The position numbers and the translations under genes were made by a program. The notes beneath the pieces are model-generated. The model saw nothing but the letters and a program-made list of their open reading frames with translations, did not search any database and was not told where the DNA came from. DNA of 64,000 bases from an uncultured bacterium (GTDB taxonomy: Bacteria; Krumholzibacteriota; Krumholzibacteriia; LZORAL124-64-63), in the NCBI GenBank assembly GCA_963727525.1, contig CAVSGO010000005.1:480001-544000 (forward strand), read 5' to 3'. Positions 57,086 through 64,000 of the stretch are shown piece by piece. How positions within the stretch are numbered: the stretch's first letter is position 1; the number at the start of each line of letters is the position of its first letter.

Positions 57086-58291
57086 ATGGTTCCGGTGCCG
57101 GTGCCCGCGTTGCTCCTGGGCCAGGGGCTCACGCTCCTGGGAACGGTCCGCTGCTTCGGCCGCGCCGGCATACCCGCCTACGTGCTCACCGAGAGAGACC
57201 ACCTCGCCGTTACCTCGCGCTGGTATCGCCGCTGGCCCGGCGCGAGCATCGCGCCCTACGACTACACCGGGCTGACCGCCGTGCTGAGGAGGCTGGATCT
57301 GGAGCGCGCCGTCCTCGTGCCGTGCTCCGATCGCTGGGCCGAGGCGGTGGGCCACCTGGACGGCGACCTGGCTCGCCGATTCCCGAGTGTGGTCGCCGCG
57401 ACCGACGTGATCGAGATGCTGGTCGACAAGGGACGCTTCGGCCACCTGCTGACCGACGCCGCCATTCCCCATCCCCGCACCGTCGAGGTGAGTGCGCCGG
57501 CCGATCTCGACGGCGTCTCCGACGAGTTCCTCGCCGACGCCTTCCTCAAACCGCGCGATTCCGTGGCGTTCTATGACCGCTTCGGGCGCAAGGCCTTCGA
57601 TTTTGGCACGCGCGCCGAGGCGTCCGCGTTGCTGGAACGGACCCACGACCTGCGCCTGGCCATGCTCCTGCAGGAGTACATCCCCGGCCCGGCCGACCAC
57701 CACTATTTCATCGACGGTGTCGTGGCTCGAGAGGGCGGTGGCTTCCTGGTGCTCTTCGCGCGGCGGCGCCTGCGTATCCACCCGCCACGGTTCGGCAACA
57801 GCACGGCCCTGGTCAGCGTGCCGCTCGCCGAGGTCGACGGCGCGGTGGCCTCACTGGAAACCCTCGTGGCGCGGCTCGAACTGCGGGGCATCTTCAGCGC
57901 CGAGTTCAAGCGCGACGCCCGCGATGGCCGGTTCAAGCTGCTCGAGGTCAACCCACGTCCGTGGTGGTACGTCGAGTACGCCGCAACCTGCGGCGCCGAC
58001 GTCTGCGGGCCCGCCTTTCATGATGCGCTAGGCGCACCCGTCGCCGCGGCCGCGCCGTACAGGGTCGGCGTCCGGCTCGTCTACCCCTATTATGACTGGC
58101 CGGCGTGGCGACGCGGCGGAACGGCACAACAGGGCTCGTGGCCGTCGCTATTGAGATTCTGGATGGGCGCCACGCAACCGGAGTGGCGTCGCGACGATCC
58201 CTGGCCCGGTGTCACGGCGCTCGCGCAGCTCACGCGCGGCTGGATGCGGCGACGTGTGCGGCGCCTGATGCGAGGACGCAGCGGTGGGTAG
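57086..58291 (+). CDS. ATP-grasp carboxylate-amine ligase (D-aspartate ligase-like)
   Basis: LVPCSD, DK..F, LKP, LQEYIPG, EFKRD.RDG.FKLLEVNPR. Confidence 0.82.
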   Translation: MVPVPVPALLLGQGLTLLGTVRCFGRAGIPAYVLTERDHLAVTSRWYRRWPGASIAPYDYTGLTAVLRRLDLERAVLVPCSDRWAEAVGHLDGDLARRFPSVVAATDVIEMLVDKGRFGHLLTDAAIPHPRTVEVSAPADLDGVSDEFLADAFLKPRDSVAFYDRFGRKAFDFGTRAEASALLERTHDLRLAMLLQEYIPGPADHHYFIDGVVAREGGGFLVLFARRRLRIHPPRFGNSTALVSVPLAEVDGAVASLETLVARLELRGIFSAEFKRDARDGRFKLLEVNPRPWWYVEYAATCGADVCGPAFHDALGAPVAAAAPYRVGVRLVYPYYDWPAWRRGGTAQQGSWPSLLRFWMGATQPEWRRDDPWPGVTALAQLTRGWMRRRVRRLMRGRSGG

Positions 58292-59321
58292 GGACCTGAC
58301 GACACGCATTCTGCGCGACGACGAGTACGAAACCTGGAACCGGTTCGTGGCTGAATCGCCGGCCGGCTCGCCGTACGCCAATACGGACTATCTCGACGTC
58401 CTCTGCTCCGTGGGCGGCGGCCGCTTCCGGGTGCTCGTCGCCGAGCAGGGCGGCGAGATCGCCGGCGGCATCGCCCTCTACGAACGCGGTTCGCGCTGGG
58501 GCGTGATCCTGGAGCCGCGCCTGCTCCTGCAGTACAACGGCTTCGTCCTACGTACACCGCGGTCGCAGTACCCCTCCGAGATCACCGCGTTCGACGTCAA
58601 GGTGCTCACCGCCCTCGGCGAGGTCATCGCCCGCACGCCGTACGCGCTCCGCGCCGTCAAGAGCCGCTCGCCTGTCGCGGATGGCCGGGCCCTCGAGCAG
58701 CTCGGCTGGAACATCTGGCCCACGTACACCTATGTCGTGCCCCTGGATGACCTGGAGCGCCAGTGGGGTCTGGTGGAACGGAACCTGCGCCGGCTCGTGA
58801 AGCGCGCCGAGCAGGAAGGGCTCGTCTGTACCGAGGACGACGACTTCGACGCCTTCTACCGCCTGCACCGGGACACTCACCAGCGCAAGGGCGCCCCGCT
58901 CTACCTGCCCGAAATCGCGTTCCGCACCTTTGTCGAGCGCCTGCGCGCCCTGGGCTACTGCCGCCTCTTCCACGCCCGCACGGCCGATGGCCGGTCCATC
59001 GCCTCGCAACTCGTCCTGGTCGGCGCCCATCCGGTCTCGCACACGGTGTCCGCGTCGGCCGACGGCGAGCTGCAGAAGCTGGGCGCGAACCCGTTCCTAC
59101 GCTGGCGAGCCTTCGAGGCGCTCGCAGCCGCCGGGTCGGTGGCCAACGACCTCACGGACGCGTCGCTTAACCCCGTCACCCACTTCAAGAGCCAGCTCGG
59201 CGGTCGCCTGGAGACTTGCCTCGCCGCGGTGGCGCCGCGCAGCCGCAAAGTGCGCGCGGGCCACGCCGCGGAGAACCTCGCGCGCCGGATCCTCGCGCCG
59301 TTGCGGCGGGGTGGCGCATGA
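58284..59321 (+). CDS. GNAT/FemAB-like acyltransferase
   Basis: W..FV..SP.GS, Y.G, TY.V.L, RR.VKRA...GL, L.W, FKSQLGG. Confidence 0.78.
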   Translation: MGRDLTTRILRDDEYETWNRFVAESPAGSPYANTDYLDVLCSVGGGRFRVLVAEQGGEIAGGIALYERGSRWGVILEPRLLLQYNGFVLRTPRSQYPSEITAFDVKVLTALGEVIARTPYALRAVKSRSPVADGRALEQLGWNIWPTYTYVVPLDDLERQWGLVERNLRRLVKRAEQEGLVCTEDDDFDAFYRLHRDTHQRKGAPLYLPEIAFRTFVERLRALGYCRLFHARTADGRSIASQLVLVGAHPVSHTVSASADGELQKLGANPFLRWRAFEALAAAGSVANDLTDASLNPVTHFKSQLGGRLETCLAAVAPRSRKVRAGHAAENLARRILAPLRRGGA

Positions 59322-61045
59322 GCGCGCTATACGGGGCCGAGTTGCTGGCGACCGCGCTCGAGCGCGCCGGCGTGACCCACGTGTTCGGCCTGCCCGGCAC
59401 GCAGAACGCGGCGCTGTTTCCCGCCCTCGCCCGCACGTCCATACGCGTGGTGATGACCGGCAGCGAGCTGATGGCCGCGTTCATGGCCAACGGCTTCTTC
59501 CGCGCCGGTGGCGGCGTGCCCGTGGTGGCTGCCATCCCCGGCCCCGGATTCACCTATGCGCTGACAGGTTTCGCGGAGGCGGCGCACGATAGCGCCGCGC
59601 TCGTGCTCCTGACCGGAGTGCCGGGCCACCGCGAAGGCAAGCGCTTCGACCTTCAGGCGCTCGACCAGGTGGGCATGGTTCGGGGCCTGGCGAAGCGCAC
59701 GCTCAGGCTCGATCAGGTCGAGGATACCATGCCCGTCGTGGCGGATGCCTTGTCCGCCGCCACCTCTCGCGGCCCGGGCCCCGTGCTGCTGGAGGTGGAC
59801 CATGGCCTGCTCGTGGCACCGGCACCTGCCGACGCGCAATCCGGCTTCATGGTCGAACCGCTCGCCCGTGCCGACGACGCCGAGCTCGGCAAGATCGTGG
59901 TCGCCCTGCGCGCGGCGCGCCGGGTCGTGGTGATCGCGGGACAGGGCACTGCGGACTGTGCGGACGACCTGGCGGCGTTCGTCGCACGCCGGCCATCGAT
60001 GGTCATGACGACGGTGTCGGCCCGCGGCGTGCTGCCAGAATCGCATCCGTGGTCGCTCGCCCACGACTTTCTCGCCTGCAGCGTGGCGGAGACCAATCGC
60101 CTGCTCGCCGAGGCCGATCTCGTGCTCGTGCTGGGCTGCCGCACCTCGCACAACGGAACGGGTGGGTACGGGCTGCAGTTGCCCGAGGCATGCACCGTGC
60201 ACGTGGATCTCGATCCGGACGTGCTCGGCGCGAACTATACGCCACGCTGGGCCGTGCGCGCCCCGGTCGCCGACGTCCTGACGCGCCTGCTCGCCGCGCT
60301 CGCCAAGGGCGAACCGTGCGGCTCCGACTGGTCGCCGGACGACGTGGCGCGGTGGTGCCGGTCGCTGCGGGAGAACTGCGTCGACCATCCGCCCGAGCCG
60401 GCGTTTCCTGGCGTGCCGGAAGGGACGGCCGCGGCGTTCTTCGCGGCGCTCCAGTCGGTGTTGCCGGACAACGCGATCCTCGTGACCGACACCGGCCTCC
60501 ACCAGATCATGGCCCGCACCCATCTGCGCGTGGAGCACCCGCGGGGCCTGCTCGTCCCCGCCGACTTCCAGTCGATGGGTTTCGGGCTGCCGGCGGCGAT
60601 CGGCGCCGCGCTCGCCGCGCCACGTCGCCGGGTCGTGGCCATCCTGGGCGACGGCGGCCTGATGATGGCGGGCCTCGAGCTCGCCACGGCCGTGCGCGAG
60701 CGCGTCGACCTCACTGCCATCGTACTGTGCGACGGCCACCTCGGTCAGATCCGCGCCCAGCAGATCGGTGCCGGCGCCGGCGAGGCCGCGGTGGCGCTCG
60801 CCGGTCTGGATCTCGCCGCCCTGGCCGCCACCACGGGGGCTCGGTACGAGAGCGTCGCCGGCGACGCGGCGGCCGACCTGAGCCGCGCACTCGCGACGAA
60901 GGGTGTCGTGCTGGTCGCGGTGCCCCTGGGCGACTCGCAGGCCATGCGCCGCGCGCAGTGGCGAGGCAAGGCGCGCGGCAAGGCGCGGCGATTCCTGGGG
61001 CGCCGCGGCATCGATATCGTGCGCAAGCTTCTGCGCCGTCCCTAG
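59318..61045 (+). CDS. Thiamine-diphosphate-dependent enzyme, acetolactate-synthase-like
   Basis: GV..VFGLPG, E..AAFMA.G, GPG, Q.LDQ, GPV, D.G.HQ, MGFGLPAAIGA, GDGG. Confidence 0.85.
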   Translation: MSALYGAELLATALERAGVTHVFGLPGTQNAALFPALARTSIRVVMTGSELMAAFMANGFFRAGGGVPVVAAIPGPGFTYALTGFAEAAHDSAALVLLTGVPGHREGKRFDLQALDQVGMVRGLAKRTLRLDQVEDTMPVVADALSAATSRGPGPVLLEVDHGLLVAPAPADAQSGFMVEPLARADDAELGKIVVALRAARRVVVIAGQGTADCADDLAAFVARRPSMVMTTVSARGVLPESHPWSLAHDFLACSVAETNRLLAEADLVLVLGCRTSHNGTGGYGLQLPEACTVHVDLDPDVLGANYTPRWAVRAPVADVLTRLLAALAKGEPCGSDWSPDDVARWCRSLRENCVDHPPEPAFPGVPEGTAAAFFAALQSVLPDNAILVTDTGLHQIMARTHLRVEHPRGLLVPADFQSMGFGLPAAIGAALAAPRRRVVAILGDGGLMMAGLELATAVRERVDLTAIVLCDGHLGQIRAQQIGAGAGEAAVALAGLDLAALAATTGARYESVAGDAAADLSRALATKGVVLVAVPLGDSQAMRRAQWRGKARGKARRFLGRRGIDIVRKLLRRP

Positions 61046-61101
61046 CGGACGCGGCAATGACAACTCCACGAGCACCGATCTGATTGTTAATGCTGGAACA
61101 T

Positions 61102-61124
61102 CTTACAACCGGCTGTAAGTTTTT
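61102..61124 (+). terminator. Weak terminator-like hairpin in AT-rich gap
   Basis: CTTACA-ACCGGC-TGTAAG followed by TTTTT. Confidence 0.35.
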
Positions 61125-61193
61125 ATTCCCTGAGACAAGTAATATCATGAAAGTTGAGAAACTTGCAGCGTCACGCCGCACTCTGCCTATGGT

Positions 61194-62093
61194 CTACCCA
61201 CGCAGTCGCAGGACCGGCCGGGCCAGCGTGCGCGCCAGGCCGACCCAGCTCGACGGCACCAGCGGATCCATCCCGATGCTCCGCCAGTAGTAGCCGAGCC
61301 CCCGCCGCCAATCATGCCGTGCGTAGACGCCACCGCGTTGCGCGTAGCTGTAGGCGAGGGCGGCGCGCACCGCCGACCGCGGGATCCCGTCGCCATGGCG
61401 CGCCAGAAAATCCGCGAGAAGCTTCTCGCAGCAATCCAGCCGCACGAGCGCCTGCCGCGACATCTGATCGCCATGCCCGATCCGGTAGTGCATGAGCCGC
61501 TCGTCCACCCAGTCGAATTCGCAGCGCAGCGAGAGCCGCAACCATAGATCCCAGTCGATCGCCATGGCGAGAGTCTCGTCGAATCCCGCCACCTGCTCTA
61601 GCAGATCGCGCCGGACCACGGCTGACGAGAAGGGGATCATGTTGTCGAAGAGCAGCGCCGTCGTGAGGTCGCCCGCGCGCGGCACACGATGCCGCGTCGG
61701 CTCCGGCGGCACGCGCGTGGAACCGTCGGCCGCGAGAAACAGCCCGCGGGAGTAGACCACCCCCACCTCGGGCCGATCGAACAGCGGCACCTGCTTTTCC
61801 AGCTTCGCGAGATCCCAGCGATCATCCGCATCGAGAAACGCCACGAGGGGATGCGTCGCGAGCCGGATGCCGTGGTTCTTGGCCGCCGACTGCCCCGCGT
61901 TGCTCTGGCGGACGTACCGGAACCGCGCGTCATCGAACCAGCGCGCCGCCACCTGCGGCGTGTCATCGGTGGACCCGTCGTCGATGAGCACCACCTCGAC
62001 GTCGCGGTGCGTCTGGCCAAGCGCCGACTCCACGGCATCGGGCAGGAACCGGGCGTAGTTGTAGCACGTCACCACGATGCTCACGGGTGTCAC
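61194..62093 (-). CDS. Glycosyltransferase family 2
   Basis: VSIVV.CYN, DDGSTD, N.G.SAA.N.G, AFLDADD.W...KLEKQ, GFDE, DWDLWLR. Confidence 0.92.
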   Translation of the reverse strand: MTPVSIVVTCYNYARFLPDAVESALGQTHRDVEVVLIDDGSTDDTPQVAARWFDDARFRYVRQSNAGQSAAKNHGIRLATHPLVAFLDADDRWDLAKLEKQVPLFDRPEVGVVYSRGLFLAADGSTRVPPEPTRHRVPRAGDLTTALLFDNMIPFSSAVVRRDLLEQVAGFDETLAMAIDWDLWLRLSLRCEFDWVDERLMHYRIGHGDQMSRQALVRLDCCEKLLADFLARHGDGIPRSAVRAALAYSYAQRGGVYARHDWRRGLGYYWRSIGMDPLVPSSWVGLARTLARPVLRLRG

Positions 62094-62151
62094 GTTCTAC
62101 CTCCGGGGTCAGTATACCACGGCGCCGAGAACGCTCCTTGCCGCAGCGTCG

Positions 62152-63600
62152 TCACTCCGCTTCCAGCAGATCCCTCAGATTCCGCAGCGTGACCAGGATC
62201 TCGTCGGGGAGGCGCAGGAGCTTGCCGGTGGCAGGGTCCCAGACCGCGGCGCGGTCGTCGGCCACCAAGCGGCCGATGACGACCTGGAACCGATGTCCGT
62301 CTGGAGACCAGGCGGTGATGGTGGTGCGCCGCTCCGGCGCGAGCGGGTCGCCTGGCGACGGGTCGAGGACCGCGGTGGCGGGGAGGCGGTCGAGGGTGAC
62401 CTGGACGTCGTGGACGTAGTTGTTGCCGATCGCCTGGGCCATGCGCAGGTGGTAACCAGGGGGATCGGTGGCACGCCAGGCGCCGGCGGAGTCGGGGCGG
62501 GCGCGGCCCCAGAGCACGGGAGCGCCGGGCTGATCGAGGTGGAAGGAGTCGGCGGTCGCCAGACGGAAGGTGAAGGCACCCATGTCAACGAGGGCGGATG
62601 CGGGCAGTTCCACGGTGTTCAGGGCCGTGGACGACGTCTTCAGCACCGTCCGCAGCCGGCGCACCCACAATTCGTGATCGGGCTGGCCCTCGCCCAGGTC
62701 GACCACGTACGGCTGATCGGGCCGCGAGCCGAGCACCAGGGTCACCCGGCGGTAGAACGGATCGAGTCCCACCTGCGCGGGGAAGCCGGGATCCGCATCC
62801 AGCGGCAGGAACTCCTTCACCACGTTCGCGCTCACCTCGTAGACGAGGCTGGCCAGCGCACGGCTGTCGCCGAGCAGCCAGGTGACGCCGTTCTCCTCGC
62901 GGCGCCGGTCCTCGTAGAGCGACTGGTAGCGGGCGATGGCGGCGCCATATACGGCGACACCGGCGTCAGGCACGCGCACCCACCAGCGACCGTCGTGGCG
63001 CGCGATCACGGTGGCATGGGTGGCGCCGCGGCCACGCAGGCGCAGTGTATCCACGTCATCGCGCGCGAACGGCGGCAGGATGGTGGTCATCCGCACGCCA
63101 TCGGGCAATTCATTCCACAGGTCGTGCAGAGCCGCGGTCACGGGAAACACGCCGCTGCGGCCAAGGCCGCGGGCGTAGCAGAGGCCGGTCACGGGATTGA
63201 CGGCGCCGAAGGCAAGGCGCAGCGGCGTGCCGTCGGTGAAGTGCAGCGCGATCTCGAGCGAACCTTCGCCCCCGAAGCCGAAGCGGCTCGCGTCCTCCAC
63301 CGAGCCGGGGATGACGGCCCCGCCGGTGGCATCGGTGAGCGAGCCGAGGTAGCGCGCCACGCGGGTGGAATCGACATAGTCGGTCACGGCGCCGGTGAGG
63401 CGCCAGTGCGTACCCTCGTGCTCGACGGTGGTCGTACCCACCGGCTTGCGGATCTCCATGGCCGTGAGCCGCTCTGGCAGGCGTGCCAGGAGCGCGCCGC
63501 CCGCGTCGGGGCCCGTGGCGCCCGTCCCGCCGCCCGACCAGCGCCAAAGCGCCACTGCCGCCACGAGCACGATCGGGATCAGGACGATACGCCAGCGCAT
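62152..63600 (-). CDS. DUF4340-like membrane-anchored periplasmic protein
   Basis: N-terminal TM; repeated W.L...FG/GL...L..G...Y modules; directly downstream of a GldG-like gene. Confidence 0.6.
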   Translation of the reverse strand: MRWRIVLIPIVLVAAVALWRWSGGGTGATGPDAGGALLARLPERLTAMEIRKPVGTTTVEHEGTHWRLTGAVTDYVDSTRVARYLGSLTDATGGAVIPGSVEDASRFGFGGEGSLEIALHFTDGTPLRLAFGAVNPVTGLCYARGLGRSGVFPVTAALHDLWNELPDGVRMTTILPPFARDDVDTLRLRGRGATHATVIARHDGRWWVRVPDAGVAVYGAAIARYQSLYEDRRREENGVTWLLGDSRALASLVYEVSANVVKEFLPLDADPGFPAQVGLDPFYRRVTLVLGSRPDQPYVVDLGEGQPDHELWVRRLRTVLKTSSTALNTVELPASALVDMGAFTFRLATADSFHLDQPGAPVLWGRARPDSAGAWRATDPPGYHLRMAQAIGNNYVHDVQVTLDRLPATAVLDPSPGDPLAPERRTTITAWSPDGHRFQVVIGRLVADDRAAVWDPATGKLLRLPDEILVTLRNLRDLLEAE

Positions 63601-63610
63601 ATGATCCCCC

Positions 63611-64000
63611 TCAGCGCCTTCGCCGGTGGCGCAGCACGATTCCCACGCTCACGCCCCCTACGAGCAACGGCCACCCCAGCGCGCAGATCCAGCCGATCAG
63701 CACCGATCGTCGGTGCTCCAGCAGCAACGGCTGGAAGCTGCCTCGCCGCGCGCGCAGGTTGATCAGGACGTCCTCCTGTACGAGCCAGTTGACCATGTTG
63801 AGCAGGAGGTCGCGATTGCCGTAGAGATCGAGATTGGCATTGGAGATGAACTCGCTGTTGCCAACCACGACCAGCCTTCCGGACTGCTGTTCCCCAAAGA
63901 GCGACTCGCCGGCCTGCTCCCGGAGGTCGCGCTTTCGCATGGCGCGGTTTATCTGGTCGGGCATGCTCTGCGATTCGGGCACGTCGCGGCGCGGGCCGTC
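63611..64000 (-). CDS. GldG-family ABC-type auxiliary protein, C-terminal part (runs off window)
   Basis: GRLVVVGNSEF..N....GN.DL.LN.VNWL......I followed by a terminal TM helix and RRRR. Confidence 0.78.
   Translation of the reverse strand, partial: DGPRRDVPESQSMPDQINRAMRKRDLREQAGESLFGEQQSGRLVVVGNSEFISNANLDLYGNRDLLLNMVNWLVQEDVLINLRARRGSFQPLLLEHRRSVLIGWICALGWPLLVGGVSVGIVLRHRRRR

Noticed and set aside
59318-61045. Housekeeping ilvB call
   Set aside because: No small subunit or other ilv genes, divergent motifs and a glycan-modification context.
61046-61193. AT-rich gap as an island boundary or sRNA
   Set aside because: No integrase, tRNA, flanking repeats or recognisable RNA structure beyond a weak hairpin.
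1-64000. CRISPR arrays, tRNA/rRNA genes, transposases, prophage or defence genes
   Set aside because: None recognised by eye. Intergenic gaps are short and lack periodic repeats or cloverleaf motifs.

Overview
GC-rich bacterial chromosomal segment of about 51 genes. It has no rRNA, tRNA, CRISPR or mobile element. Several secreted proteins end in PNPFNP...WDG...GVY (FlgD-Ig/T9SS-like) tails and a PorV-like barrel is present, which suggests an FCB-group organism, possibly Krumholzibacteriota/Latescibacterota-like (inference). Housekeeping blocks: hmgA-hppD, hup-ltaE-trkA-trkH-nadE-rsmI-CDP-alcohol transferase-tmk-ctpA, rsgA, metG, and a PilZ-cheV pair. Most notable: (1) a micro-operon at 41744-42123 (-), missed or mis-called by the ORF track, of two small genes, each with an in-frame TGA followed 21-23 nt later by a hairpin with the same C-GGA-G apex, i.e. 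two candidate selenoproteins with SECIS elements; (2) a tightly coupled five-gene operon at 23469-32455 (-) encoding a double lamin-tail protein with a variant secretion tail, a PorV-like barrel, a ComEA-type HhH outer-membrane protein, a second barrel and a 5'-nucleotidase, a candidate extracellular DNA/nucleotide harvesting system; (3) a four-gene sphingolipid cluster, spt-bCerS-CerR-Aur1/PAP2-like (37178-41617); (4) a single-ring ClpA/C D2-only ATPase that keeps the IGF loop; (5) an ATP-grasp/GNAT/ThDP-enzyme operon. All functional calls come from motif recognition by eye; no searches were run.
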